DNA of 64,000 nucleotides, taken from contig NC_079159.1 in assembly GCF_947563725.1 (NCBI RefSeq), positions 100,177,559 through 100,241,558 on the forward strand. Direction: 5' to 3'. A model generated the notes under the pieces. That model made no database searches, was not told the DNA's origin, and saw only the letters and a list, made by a program, of their open reading frames with translations. Position numbers and translations under genes: made by a program. Shown here piece after piece: positions 49,344-63,886 of this stretch. How positions within the stretch are numbered: the first letter of the stretch is position 1; each line of letters starts with the position of its first letter. The stretch comes from Argiope bruennichi. Taxonomy: Eukaryota.

Positions 49344-52300
49344 TACTCAGAAATTAATTGAATAATATTAAAATAGATAACACTCAGAAGACAGATTCGG
49401 TTAAAAAAAAAAAAAAAAAAACGAATGTAACAAAAGAATGGAAACAATCGAGTGACTGTAAATCAGTCACATTACATCGAAGACCAAAAGTATAGAATTT
49501 TCTTAATAGAAGGTAATCATTTAACTTTGCACCTCTTTTAAACAATTCGCGTTATATCAAGTGGCCGTCAGAAAGCAAAGGGTTAATGTGTAAATGTAAT
49601 TAAGTGTATAATGCAATTGTAATTAAGTGTATATACATTTGCTATAATATATTAAAAAATGTATAAATTACAAATACGAATATTTTAATGCAGTTCCTTA
49701 ACTGCACATGAGTAAGTATAAAGAAATTCTCCCTCTCGTCAGTGTCACCATCCTACCTGTGTCTCTCCACCGTTCTTCTCGTTTCGTTGGGGGGACACCC
49801 TCGGCGCGACATTCTTCGGAAAGGGGCACGACGATGGCGCATTGTTGGCCAAGTATGGATTCGTCTTTTTGCAACCCGGTTTATCGGATGGGAGGGGATG
49901 AAAATTTGGTATTTCACAAGATGGGAAAATTTTAAAGGCATATCTTTACAGTGACGTTGAACTACAGTCCTAGATCAGAATTTTAACTAAAAAAATGGGG
50001 CATATGTGCCCCCATTCCTTAAGATCCATAGTCGAAAGGTTAAATCAATTTTAACTCAATATTTGCCAGCGATGATAACTGCGTTCCAGCTTAAAAACCA
50101 TAAGTGAAATTTCGAAAGTCACGGGTTCTGCGTACCTTTTGTATAACTTGAATTTTGCCAAAGTCGGATTTGCATACGCAGCCTTGAAAATGTGAACATT
50201 TGTGGGATTGGAGATAATTATGAGTTATTACAATAGATTTCAATAAATTCAATTTCCTATTGAAAAAAAATGGCATGTTAAAGTGTAATTTCCTTATAAC
50301 TTATTTATTTTATATGTTAATCTGTTCCTCGTTTAAAATGAATAGTTTATCTAAAAAAAAATTTGGATTCAAAACGTCCCTCATTTAAGACATAGCTCAA
50401 GCTCCTCCGCAGATTTTCTTTAAAAACATTAATTTGAAGGGAAAAAGTATAAATGCCGTAACTTGATTTAAAATTTGTTGAAAATAAAACTCAAAAATGC
50501 TAGTTCTTTTTAGATTTTATAACAAATATTAAAATATAAAAATTTTATTAAAGTTATTATACAAAAAATAGTATGCTCTTTAATATAATTAAAGAAGAGC
50601 TAGAGGTGGTTATAGTTTATAAGAGACGCACTATATTTTTCCAACGCAAATGCAAATCTTTTTTTAAGTTATTACCAATGTTTGACGTTTCTAATTCATT
50701 TTAAGGTTAAATAATGAATATAGTTTCATAGAGTTAAGCCATGAGCAACTGATATAACCAAATACAGAATTAGATTTCATATTCGCGAGAGAAGTTTTTG
50801 CTTGCATGGCTTCTGCTGTTATCAGTATCTGCGAAATGCAACTTACATCTGGAAATTTACATATTTGGAGGAATCAACATAAAATTTATTATTGAAAAAC
50901 TAGAAACTTTAAAAAAATTTATTAATTGAAAATATGGTGTCTGTTTTTTTCAATATCAAACAGCAAATTTTAATGAAATCAGGACCATGCCTTAGAATAA
51001 AATCAGGAAGTCGGCTCTCAATCCTATCTTATTTCTTTGAAATCTCACATAGGTGAGAAACCATAGATAAACTGGAAGTGAATGACGTGACAAGTGCACC
51101 TGTAATCACAGTGAAAATCTTTTTACCCCCCCCCCTTTCGAAATAAAATATTTTCTTTCTTATTACAGCATGCTCATCTATTGAAAACTATGTTAAGTAT
51201 CCGGTTCTAAGAGCTACATATATTAAAATATATGAACTTCATTTTAAGTTTGGAATAACCATCTAATAACGAATTTCATCTTGGCGTGCAATTCTTTCTG
51301 AAAAATTGAAACACACCACACAAAGATTGTAAAGCTGAGTGACTACTTTAATGATAAAATTATAAGATTTATTTTTCGAAAGCATTTGTTCTATGGCCCT
51401 TTTGTCTAATTATTGCCTTGTACAATTGCGCACTAATGCCGTGGAATACAGAAGTGAAAATATAACAAAATTCTGTTTTTTTATAATTGGCAGTTGTTGA
51501 GTTAAATTTGAATTTTTTTCGTATACATGTTTGATTAAAATGGTATGGTCATTATATTGTTCATTTATAAAAACTTTTAATTGTTCTATTTCTGGTTGAA
51601 AGCATATTCTGCATACTTTTGGTTTAAAAATCAAAAGCACCCATTCCGAAGATTATATTGCAAACTAAAGATACATAGAACGTTTGGTACTTCAGCGAAA
51701 ATTGAATTCGACTGCAGCTCTCTGTAATGGCTGTTATCTTATCACAAACTCGAGCAGTTTAGAGAGTCAACATAATCATTTTATACCAGGAGAGCGGTAC
51801 ATTTTGCAAACAATTTAGCAGCAAGAATTAAATGCTGCTTGATTTTTCAAATATTAGAAACTTTGCATTTTTCTTCTGTTATTCTACGAATTGAATACGA
51901 CTAAATTTGAAATTAATTCAAATGTCTATAGATGTATGTTTGGTTTAGAATAAATTAAAATCGCTAACTCAAATTTTTCACATTTAGAAATTAAAATAAT
52001 AAACATATTATTTTAGTTATTAAAGTTCAGCTTCTCGAATCCACGCTTGCGGCGTAATTTAATCACCCAGCTCAAATTTAGCACACATAAAATGTAGCAA
52101 TTGTTAAATTGGTGAATTTCATGTGAACGTAGATTCAAAATGGACGCTTTTCCAAATTATGAAAATATCTGGCACATTGTATGTGAAATTTTAAACACTT
52201 AAGATAACACCATACAATTCTGTCTGAATCTGTACCAATCATTGTCTCGGAACGCTTAATATTATTGTGAGCTTAAATGAATCTTGGTATTTTTTATAGA

Positions 52301-55300
52301 GAAAGAGAGTTAGCAAATTAAAAGACTTCAATAAAATGCTGTTTTTACTATGAAAGTGAGAGTAGAAATAAGTGAGCATTATAACGACGCTCTGTCAAAA
52401 TAATTAGTAATAATTTTAAAATTATATAAACAATATTTAATACTTTGATAAAGTTTCGACCAAGGGGTTCTGGAATTCCCTATAAATGGAATATGTCGAA
52501 TTTTGGCCCTATCGTTCTTCCAGAATTTTAGAAGGCTTAATATTTATTTGAACCAATAATAAAAGTTGTATTCTGATCATGACTGTAGTTCACATATACT
52601 GCTTGCTTTAGTGATTGTATAGTTGTCCTTTTTGACTTTGTTTCGCACACAGGAATTTCGCACCAAAAGTTCTTAATTCCTTGCATTTATTTGCTACTCT
52701 AATAAATGATGCTCGGAATTGTGAACTGCTCCAGAAATTTTAGACCGAAAAATCTTTGGAATTTTGCGAATTTTATAGAAGGTTGCATATTTTCTAAAAT
52801 ATTTTGGTAGTTAAAGGTTTTTGTCTTTGAAGATCAAACAAATAGTGCACAAGTCTAAATTTTCAAATTTCGTGACAAAAAAAAAAAAAAATGCATAAAA
52901 TATCCATAATTAACTTTTCTTTTTTCACATTTCGAATGTAAAAGGAGTACTAAATTATTTTTAAGAAAAAGAAAACGGGTAAGAAAGTGATCAGAAACAG
53001 GAAACATTTTGTTTCCTCTTTTTCTACTATCCGATCAAGATCTAATTATACCCTTCTCATCTAATAGACAATTAGAAGCCCTGGAAAAATTTAACGGATT
53101 AAGATATAAACAAAATATTTGTGGTAAATTATGGAATTTATAATCATCAAATACTGAATTGTAAAAAAAAAAAAATTAGGAAAGACGAAATCTAGTATCA
53201 ACAATAAATGCATGTTGGCAAATGATTAACAATAATTGGTATTACCGTTTAAAATGGCTTCGATATTAAAACACTCAAGAAAATAACTAGAAAAATATTT
53301 ATTTTCTAGGCTACTGTATTCTTGAACATCTATAGAAAATATTTCCTGAGATTCTGTATTTTTCCACATTTATAGAAAATATTTATTACCAATGTTTTTC
53401 GTAGAAGGTCGATGTCGAAGGGTAGAAATAAGGGACTGTAAAAGTCCATGGTACATTGAAATACTTACACAACGAGTTGAAAACAGGAAAATTATTTCGG
53501 ATCACTTAATCTGTTTCGATAATTCAATTTGCATTAATGATATGGTAAAACTTCTAATGTATTTTTTCAGATGATTTGCAAATTTGGTTTGATTTGATAA
53601 TATATGAAATTTAGAAGCTCAATAGGGAAATGTATTTTCTTTTGTGAACCAGCAATATTTGGCTATTGCCAAACCACCAACATGGAAGGAGCGAAAAGAC
53701 GTTTCGCCTTTATTTAATAACACCTATAGATTTATTCACAATATATTGGTTTTGACAGTCACAATTATTTTATTCAAAATGGAAAATATTTTAAAACTAT
53801 CCGTCGAATGTGTAGAAATTAAACTAATTTTATCTGTACTACATCCAATCAGTATCGAATAGTCAATCATGCTTTGTCTTTTAGGTGTTTTGTTTCTAAA
53901 ATCTTATGTTTTGGATTATACTTTTTTTTTTTTTTTCAATCTTTCTTTTGCCATTTTATTCAACTTTTTTGGAGTCTAGGAAAACTAATCTTTTCTAAGT
54001 TTCCTGTATGATATTCGATAGATTATCATTTTACATTTTTGCATCACTTTTACGCATCGTCATTCGTAAATGGTTTTATTTAGCTATTGTTTGCTTTTAT
54101 TTGTTATTATTCCATTTGCTGTTAATTGCTTTGCAAGAAGTGTAATCTTGAGCTCTAAAGTAGATTTCTTTCTATTTTACCTTTAATCGAGGATGTTAAC
54201 TGTCTAGAATCGTTTACTGTTTTTAAATATGTCGCTTAAAAATAAAAATGGGGAATCTCTTTATCGAATAAAAATCTATATGTAAAACGTTTACATGGCA
54301 CACAAAAATCCTTGTTCGTACTAACGAAAGATTGTGTATTCAGAAGAAGGACCAAAACCAATCAATCAATCAAAAGGAACTTTTTGCTTTTCTGATAGCA
54401 GTAAGAATCTTATTTCAGCGGATGCAAATCATATTTTATGCAAATTATGGCATGTTAAACTTGAAGCAATAACCTTGTGACATTGAAAGTTTATCTTAAA
54501 AGTAAAGACTTCTTTCAGATCTTCCCAAAATGAATTCTTTAGTACCTATTAAAGTGACTCGAATGATTTAGGTTGAAAGGTAGGTTCGGGGTGATATCTC
54601 TAAATTCTTTTGCTATCTTTTGTTAAATCTATGCAAAATTTATCTGTATTAAATTTTTTAAATGAAAAAATAAATGTCCTATGTGTATATTGCTTCCTAC
54701 TAAGAGAAGGTGCATTTTGCGAATAGGCAAGATAGTATTTGTATTCTTTCCGCAAAGTTCCCCATGAAATATTTTGCCACTGAAAAGTATGTCTACCAAA
54801 TGTTATCTCAACATCCAACTATCTGATTTATAGATTTCTAAAATAAGCGTCTTTCATTACATTAAAAAAAAAAAAAGCAATTCGAAGCAATTTTTTTCTA
54901 TTGATATGTTTCTTCTCGGGTAGTGGAATATTTTATTGAAATTAGTTTTGAATCTACTGAATAAATGTTGTTAAAACTAACATGAAAGCGCGATTGAATC
55001 TTGATTTGGGTTAGAATCAATTTATTGATTTAATACAGCCCTCAGTAAGTTCAGAATAAACAATACGCACATTTCTGTACGATACTCGAAATTGTGGAAT
55101 ATTTTATCCGAAATCAACGAGATTCGAATTCGGCTCAGCTTTCTTGAGTTTTAATCTAAAAAGCGTCATGGATGTAATCTAATAGTTATCATAGATTTTT
55201 GTGAAACGTTCCGCAATGTATATTCAACGGGATTCTTTTTAAATTTTTAACATTCAACAAAAACATATTTTGATATCTTGAATACTTAATGAAAACTAGG

Positions 55301-58300
55301 AAATTAAGATTATGTACTTATTTGCTAAAATAGCTTTTTACTTAAACAGGAAAATAAGACAATAACTGAGAACCCGAAAATTTGGATGTAAAAATATGCA
55401 GATTTTTTTTTTTATATATATAAAGCCTTGTTTTGCGTAGCAATAAGCAAGACTGCCAGCGAACTTTAAATCTCGAATTTTGAAAGATCCGTCTGTTTTA
55501 ATTCTTATAAAATACTGATGCTCTTTCTTATTTCTCTGATATGGGACTTTGTAAACTGTTTGGTATTCTGCCAATTTAAATTCATATATTCCATTGAAAT
55601 ATTGCATGATCCTTTTCATTGCATTATGCTGTATTGCGCTTCCAAAAAATTATAAAAATTGCCTCCCTCAATTACTGTCCTAAATATAAGCTTCAAACCA
55701 TCTGTTAAAGATTTAAAGGAACGCAATATTGGAAGGAAAAAGAAAACTCTGAAATAACGATTTTTTTTTTTTACATATTTCTATTCATGTTTAAACACAT
55801 GTCTTTTTAATATTTCAAAAGTTAGATTTTTATTTATAATGATAAATGAAAGGTATTTACAAATGATACCTGAAATGGAATTTTTTTCTCTCCATTTAAA
55901 TTTTTTTCCTTTTTACATATTTATTTTACAACTGCTGAAGTTTTTTTATTCAAGATACGGCTTTCAAATTTTTATACGCATTTATTGCTTTGTATATGAT
56001 AAAATGATTATTACTATCACTTAAATAAGACTTCTAGCTTATTTTTCTAGATACAGCGATATACCTCAATTTTTATTTCTAAATTTTCCTTCTTCATTGT
56101 AAATCAGAGTAAAAAAAATTTAAATACAAGTTCAGGCACAGCTTTGTTATATTTTTCTAAATCTGCTAGTAAAATTTAAAACAAAAGTATTCATAATGAA
56201 TGTTCACAAGAATTAACAGTATAATGGAAAAGCTATAAAAGTTTAATTTTTTTTAAAGAAAATTAATCTAAAATAGCGGATTAGGATTTTCTATTCAAGT
56301 TTATCTTAATTTAATGTAGAGCTTTAATATTCGAAATAAAATTTAAAAAAAATGTTAAACCCTGTACCCATTTAAATAAAAGTGATCCTTAAGAAAAGAG
56401 TGTTGCTTATGTTTTGATAAGAATGTTTGAATTTGTAGATTCAAATGCGTTTTATCTTGCATTTAAAAGCTATGCAAGAATGCTGACGCACTCGGATCTT
56501 TTAAACAAAACAAAAATTAATAATAAGCATATTTTTTGCAATAAAAATGCGTCAACAAAAGTAATGTGAAAATATTGCATTTTGGCGAGGAATTTCGATG
56601 CCCATTCCAACTCGAAAAAAATATTCTTGATCTAAATTTGAAATTTAGTGCAGAGATAAAAGAACATCAACTTTTTAACTCATCAAAGCAAATGCACGAA
56701 GCATCTTCTGATCTAGCGAAGATAAGATAGGATAAAAACTGTTTCAAATTCCTTTGATCAACTATATGTCTTCCTTTTTTAAGTAATGCCTTTTGGATAC
56801 TTCACATTCAGAACATAATAGAAATGTCCAATTTACCATCATAACTACAATACTTAAAACTTTATTTTACTTTTCTCGGAATTCTTGAGTTTTTTTCCCC
56901 CTGAAGCATTCGATAAGAATTGAATTTTAAGAAAACTGCACAGTTTTTATATTGTACAGTTTATTTAAAAGAAGACTTAACACATCTCTTATCTGTAAAT
57001 GCAATAAAACTATCTCCCAAGTATCGGAAAAATGGCGTTAATTTGGAACCATCAATCATCTGCCAATGGATTTTAATTATTTTAAAAGCCTTAATTTTTT
57101 AAGGTATTATTGGAGTTTCTTTTCACTGCTTTTGTATTTTAAAAGAAAAGGCTTTTATTTCTGTAAATTTTAGTTAGGACTTCCTTTTAAGCAAAGTCAA
57201 GATTTATTAGTGTGACTTTAAAGAGAAGCTGCCTAATTTTCGGCGACTTCCAACAATGAAATCTCGGAAGAATGTTTGTCATTAATAACCCAATAAGAAA
57301 GGGAATCAGCAGTTATTACATTTCATCAAAAAAGATTTTTTAAAATTTCTGATTTTTTAGCTCAAATTTAAGTTTATTGCAATGCATTTAGGATGTTCTA
57401 ATTATTTTACATTGATGTAAAGAAGATATTAAACATTTTAAAAATTATTAATGGTATCTTCAGATAATGATGCATTCTTCTCTTTCGAATTATTCGGCTG
57501 TGGCGGATCTTTATCTGATGACTTTGTAAGTCGCATCTGCTGCATTAAAAAGATTGTAATTGACTGTCATTAGCACGTATTCTTGTTTCAAGAATACGCG
57601 GGCATTTTCTATTAATTCTTGATGCTTTGTTTGATCACAATTCAGAATGTACCTAAATGATGAGTACTTTGTTTGTTTGCTGGGGAAATGGTTAAAGATT
57701 AAAATTTTAATTCACTGGCAACATCGAAATTGAGATAAAGCTTTTTGCATTAAGATTCGAGTTTTTGAATCTAAACCTTATATAACCCTTCATTCAAAAG
57801 GAATTCATATTTTCACAATTGGACGAATCATGAAGTTGATAATTAGGAATAACTTTAACTGTTGTTACTAAACTTGTTCTGAAAAATTACTGAAACTTCA
57901 GTTTTTCAAAAATTTTAAAATTTCTTGGAACACAATTTTTATTTTTATTATGTTCTAAAGATATGATTTACCGATATCGTGATAATTTAATAATAATTAC
58001 GTTGTTTATGTTGTATAATACTTCCAACAATTTTACAGTGAACTGTATTTGATTCAAAATTAAATTTAACCATATTTTAAAGAAAATTCTAAACTTTTCC
58101 CAGGACGAAGATCCACTTAATATTCCACCTGTCCGGGAACATCTATTCTTTTAAACTCCTTCAATGCGATACTGCTTTTTTAATTCTTTTGTTTTCGGAG
58201 AAAAATGTCTTCATTAATATTAACAAACAAATACCAAGAGAATACTTTTTAATTGCATTAAAACCTTACTTCAAATTTTAGGTTTTAAAATTGCTAATCA

Positions 58301-59324
58301 TTATGTCAATATATCATGTAGTGATATAACATCGCTGAATTCAAAAATAGCAATTTCTTTTTCCTGTATAAAACTTTGAAAAATTTGTATGAAAATATAT
58401 CTCTTCCCTATTCTTATATATGGAATCTATTAAAAAGATGTAGTTGTCTATGAACTGGTAATTCAAGTGTCATAGGAACGGAATTCTAATACGCAAGAAT
58501 TCTTTCATTTTCAAAAGCGACTGGCTGTATTAGCAAAGTACTGGAAAATTGGACTGCATAACATGTGACAACACGAATGGCATAATTATACCGTCTATTA
58601 TCATTATTAAGATCGACTTTGTACAATAAATGCACAACTAGGTTGCTCATTTAGTTTTGCAACGGCGTAGGTGAAGCAAATGGTGGGTCATTGCTTCAGA
58701 TTTACGCATTTGCATCAGTTCGCAAAAGTTCATTTAAATTTTCAAATCTGCTAATAAGGTTCATTTTGATAATTCTAAAGATAGTTTTGTGTTTAATTTC
58801 ATTATTTTTTTCCTTCTTAACTTTATATTTTTATCATTTTAAGAATTAGACTTTTTTTAATAGCAAATAAGAAAATGTTTGTGTAATAAGCATAATTTAT
58901 TTTGCATCTTTATCATTTAAAATTCTAGATTAAAAAGTTAAGTAGATTTTATAAAACTTATTGAAACTCAAAACAATGTTTTAAAATTTTTTTAAATGTT
59001 CCAAAATTTTAAAATTATGATGTTGTGATTCCAAAATTTTATAAAAATTGTTATTAATATAATGCGATTGTAATTATTTACATAAAAAGGTTGGGATACC
59101 AAAACGTAAGACATAGAATTTTTTAAAATGAATCTGATTTTTTGCCCCGATGTATCTTTTAAATTTTCTTATTACATTTGTATAACTTTTGTGCCAGTGA
59201 ATTGAGTGTTTCTGTGAAATTATAAAAATAGCATTATATATTTGAAGAATTTAAACTTAAAAAAAACTCTTTAAAATAGAAAGGTAAGCTTGGCGTTTAC
59301 AAAATAAAACAAGCTTTGTAGTTA

Positions 59325-60041
59325 AAAGCTTAAAATTAAAAAAGCTGCAGAGCTCGAAATTTAAAAAAAATGCTAGAGAGCTCGAAATTTAAAAAAAATG
59401 CTAGAGAGCTCGAAATTAAAAAAAAAATGCTAGAGAACTTGAAATTAAAAAAAAAAAAAAAATGCTGGAGAGCTCGAAATTAAAAAAAAATGCTAGAGAA
59501 CTTGAAATTAAAAAAAAAAAAAAATGCTGGAGAGCTCGAAATTAAAAAAAAATGCTAGAGAGCTCGAAATTAAAAAAAAAAATGCTAGAGAGCTCGAAAT
59601 TAAAAAAAAAAATGCTAGAGAGTTCGAAATTAAAAAAAAAAAATGCTAGAGAGCTCGAAATTAAAAAAAAAAATGCTAGAGAGCTCGAAATTAAAAAAAA
59701 AATGCTAGAAAGCTCGAAATTAAAAAAAAAAATGCTAGAGAGCTCGAAATTAAAAAAAAAAATGCTAGAGAGCTCGAAATTAAAAAAAAAATGCTAGAGA
59801 GCTCGAAATTAAAAAAAAAATGCTGGAAAGCTCGAAATTAAAAAAAAAAAATGCTGGAGAGCTCGAAATTAAAAAAAAAAATGCTGGAGAGCTCGAAATT
59901 AAAAAAAAAATGCTGGAGAGCTCGAAATTAAAAAAAAAAATGCTGGAGAGCTCGAAATTAAAAAAAAAAAAAAAAATGCTGGAGAGCTCGAAATTAAAAA
60001 AAAAAATGCTAGAGAGCTCGAAATTAAAAAAAAAAAAAGCT
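59325..60041. repeat. Minisatellite: about 24-25 tandem units of a 19-bp core, TGCT(A/G)GAGAGCTCGAAATT, each followed by a variable poly(A) of 8-17 nt (period about 27-36 bp)
   Basis: Read directly. Core variants are GCTAGAGAGCTC, GCTGGAGAGCTC, GCTAGAGAACTTG, GCTAGAGAGTTC and GCTGGAAAGCTC. The GCTGG variants cluster at the 3-prime end (59820-59995). A 2-unit higher-order repeat (AACTTG unit with A15, then GCTGG unit with A9) occurs twice at 59437-59545. The ORFs 59552-59797, 59820-60107 (MLESSKLKKK...) and 59780-60058 are artefacts of the array. Confidence 0.95.
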
Positions 60042-60786
60042 GTGCTTAGTATTTGCATTAAAATATTTCAGAAACGTTCAAATTTACTGCAAGCATTCAT
60101 TTTGTAATATTTTTAAAGTGTTACTTCAAAAAAAGCATTGCGCTCAAAATCATGTTTTAAAATTGAACGATATGCATTGTGTTTAAAGACTATTTTCTTT
60201 CTATATTCCATTTGTATCGCATTTACATACTTTAGATATTTTAAGAGTATTTGAAATGTTAATTATACATTTCAATTACAAACGTAAATATGTTAAAAAA
60301 TGATTTTTAAAATATTTTTTGAATTTTAAAAGCTTTTGAATTGTTGTTTAAAATTTTTAGTACAAATTATATATATATTAATGCAATAAATCTGCATTAG
60401 CTGACACTAGCGTTTGTCAAAATATATCTTCAATAATTTTAAAATTTGATGCATTTAAAATATGAATACTACTTTTTTTCGAAAACTGCAACATCATAAA
60501 TTATTTGATGGCTTGAAAAATGTTACAAAATACACTGGACAGTGACTGCTGATGTAGTCCATGCACTGTATTAAAATACTTTGTAATTAGTGTCGGAACT
60601 ATTTGAAAACTGAATGCCTGCTGCTCAAGAACTAAAAAGACTTAATACTGTGTACACTGTCACTTCAAACTTTTTACTAGAACCTTTTATCGAGATTTAC
60701 TTGGTGTGCTAATCGAACTGAAACAACTGGCAGATAAGGCCCTGGACTAAAAAATGCCCTTCGTAACCCATTAGTGACGAATATTA

Positions 60787-61560
60787 TGTCCAAGATTCGT
60801 GTTCAGGAAACGGAAAAAAAAAATCCTGAACCAACTGTGAAGTTCTATAAAACCAATAGGCATCTTTCTAATGACGGCATAGCTACTAATATCAAGCAGC
60901 ACTCTTTCACGGAAAGGTTGCAGAATATAGAAGGATATCTATAGATCTGTTTCTTAGACTTTCTGAACTGAGGCTTCGGCTGTCGCATATATTGCTGAAG
61001 CCTTTTATAAAGAGATCTGCCTACCAATGAATCTATGGAGGTGTGCCATGGAGAATCTCTCCTGTTCTCACAGGACCTCTTTGAACATAATACAGAGAGC
61101 AACATGTTATGCCAAAGACATTTTTCTGTGTAAAGAACCTATTGCCGGTTATCTACATGTCCTTGTAATACCTTAGTCCAAGATTCGTGTTTTAGATACG
61201 GGAGGGGGAAAAAAAAAAAAAAAAAACCGTGCCTCAACCGATTGACAGACTATGAAGCCAACATGCTTCTTTCTGATGATGGCGTAGCTTGTGTCAAATA
61301 GCAACCTTTCTTGGAAAATGTGTGAGACATGTAAGAAGCTTTAATGCTTTAATGATACTTGAACTGAAACATCAATGGTTGCAAAAGCTGCTGGAAAGTA
61401 CGAGACGATTTCGGATAAAGGTATCTGTCTACCTATGTACCATGGATTTGCACCTTAACAAAACTCTGCTGTCCTCACAGAACCTCTTCAACCTTATATA
61501 CAAAGAGATATTGTGCCAAAGACACTTTCTGCGTTAAGACCGTATTATCCAGCAATCTGC
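60787..61560. repeat. Diverged tandem duplication of a roughly 387-bp unit (2 copies)
   Basis: Unit 1 (60787-61173) and unit 2 (61174-61560) are collinear. Shared blocks include GTCCAAGATTCGTGTT, poly-A, CTATGAAG..AACATGCTTCTTTCTGATGATGGCGTAGCT, TCAAATAGCAACC, CTGTCCTCACAGAACCTCTTCAACCTTATATACAAAGAGATATTGTGCCAAAGACACTTTCTG and TAAGACCGTATTATCC. Identity is roughly 65-75%. Confidence 0.7.
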
Positions 61561-63854
61561 ATTCAATATATCGGATCTACTCATAAACCAATAAAATCAA
61601 TGCTGCCAATCGAAATGAATGGTCTCTTCAAGCTGTAACCTACTCAGCACTGACTTTTATTACCTGTCTTTGAGAGCATAGCAAAGGCAGTTCTGATAGT
61701 CGTTGGAAATAGAGATGAGGTCATTGTGACTGCTTTTATGTATTTAGCTGGATATAAATAAGTCACGTGCTTAGCTTGATTATGATAGACCATTGATCTT
61801 TGACGGTGCACTTGGTCTATTAACGAGTGAACCCCCTCCTCCCACCCTTTGTGTCTGTGGGCTAAGGAGGAGGGGGTAGAATGTAGTAGCATTCGAACTT
61901 ATGACGTACGAAATGATGGACAGCAGAGAGAGATATTTGCCACGTCAAGACTCTTGAAACAAAATAATATTAAAAAAAAAAATAAAAAAAAACCCTTCTG
62001 TGACACTTCTTGTTGCCACCTCAACAAATACTTCATATTTCAGTGCATTCGTCTGCAAATTATTTACCAACCACCTCTCAGTCCATGTTACAACTAATGT
62101 AAACAAACTTTTATCGGAACTTTCACATAGATATCCATTCATTTCATATAATGACAAGCTATTATTTAAACGCATCAATAACCTTCAGGCTCCTGCTGTT
62201 AGGACCAACAACTGACATTGGAAATTGTTTTGAAGATACTGAAATTATCAATATGAATACATAAAGATTTTCAGTGTACATATTCTCTTTGTACAGACTT
62301 TGGTGATGCAGTTTTCAAAAATGGTAGTATTAATAATTGGATTGTCAGAATATAGTGTTTACCATCTAGTAACATATTAACTTTTATAAACTAATGAGCG
62401 GAAGAAAAAAATATTCAAAAATGTTTATCCTAAACATGGAACGTCTTTTCCAGGTTTAGTCATATGTGTAGTAAACATTTCTATTTGAATACTGTAACAT
62501 ACATTGGCGCAAAAAAATTCATTTAATAATATGTATACTTTTAAACGAACTCGTGTAATTTTTGTGAGCGGTTTCAAATGTTAATATTGATTTTTATTTT
62601 GTAAAACTATAGAAATACTGAAATTTTATTTACTCTCACAAGAGATCAAAGCGTTTTTTTTTTAAATTGAATTTGTAATTCGATTCTAAAGTAGAAAAAA
62701 TAAGCATTTCTGATTTCAAAAAAAAAAAAAAAAAAAGCTTATTTCTTTTTTTAAATTTAAGGATACTTTTTTACTAAAACGTTTACAAATTTGTTTAAAT
62801 GAAATGCTTTTCATTTTGGTATCCCAGTTCTGTAATTATATTTTCGAATTCTTAATAAATAAAAGAATTCCTGAATTTAATCTGTGATATGAATACATGG
62901 GCCGAGCTGCTCTGAAAGTAACTTCTGGGCATGCTCGGATATCATTTCGAAATTCTACAATCTCTCAATCAAGAAACATTCTGTATAAAAGTAATTAATA
63001 GAATGTCTTATGTCTATCAACCTTTATAATCTTGATTATAATATTGTATATTTTAAATTCTTAAATTCACATTTCATTTTAAATATTTTTGGTATTGTAA
63101 AATTTGTCGACTGTACATAGAATTCTCATTTTGTGCATGTGACAAATTAAAAACTGAAACCCATGCAGTTCTAGTAAGAATTTTAATTTTTGCTTGTTGA
63201 ACTGTTTAAAGTATTTTCGTTGTGATTTTAAATTAAGATATTAACTGTCTTTATGTGATTTGATTTACTATAAGCATAGTATAATATAAAGAAAGAAATA
63301 TAAAGAAATTTTTGTTTTAAAGCTTTGTCTTCAGAGTGTCATTGTTTTGTCTGCTATAATGGGAGAAAAAAATATAAAAAATAAATAAAGAAAAATAAAA
63401 AAAAAGAAAGAAAAAGAGAATAAAGAAAAAAAAATAAAAAAAAGAAATAAAAAAAAAGAAACAGAAAAAAAAGAAAAAAAATACAAAAGAAAAAAAAAGG
63501 AAAAAAAATTAAAGTACTCCCTTTAAGTGATATATTTTTTGTAAATATTGATATGCTTTATCAACTTTGTGATTTTTGAATTGTATAGTTGAGATGTGTT
63601 ATATTAGAAAAAGAAAAGTGTATGTACATGTTTTATTAAATATATATGTAAATACATAAACTCCTTAACTTGTTAACTGGGTATGACGAAATATTTCAAT
63701 GCAAAACGAATTGAACATAAGTTAATTACCCGGTTAACAGGTTAAAGAAAAAAATTGCCTGCCATAAAAATTTTCAAAATGCCCGAAGATACAACATAAT
63801 AAGTATTAAGTTACCTTAATTTCTAGTCAAGCAAGCTAAATAATGGCTAAAAGG

Positions 63855-63886
<32 letters not shown>

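Noticed and set aside
49708-49954. Three mutually overlapping ORFs (49708-49935, 49742-49954, 49753-49941), considered as a gene.
   Set aside because: Openness in three frames simultaneously is typical of a GC-rich island and not of a coding exon. No recognisable domain was found. It is kept only as an unexplained GC island.
59325-60041. A CRISPR-like array, because the repeats are regularly spaced.
   Set aside because: The spacers are just poly(A) of variable length. The context is eukaryotic, with no cas genes and no unique spacers.
59552-60107. ORFs 59552-59797, 59820-60107 (MLESSKLKKK...) and the antisense ORF 59780-60058, which look like repetitive proteins.
   Set aside because: They are translations of the 19-bp core plus poly(A) minisatellite. 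The period is not a multiple of 3 and varies, and the frames hop between units. They are not coding.
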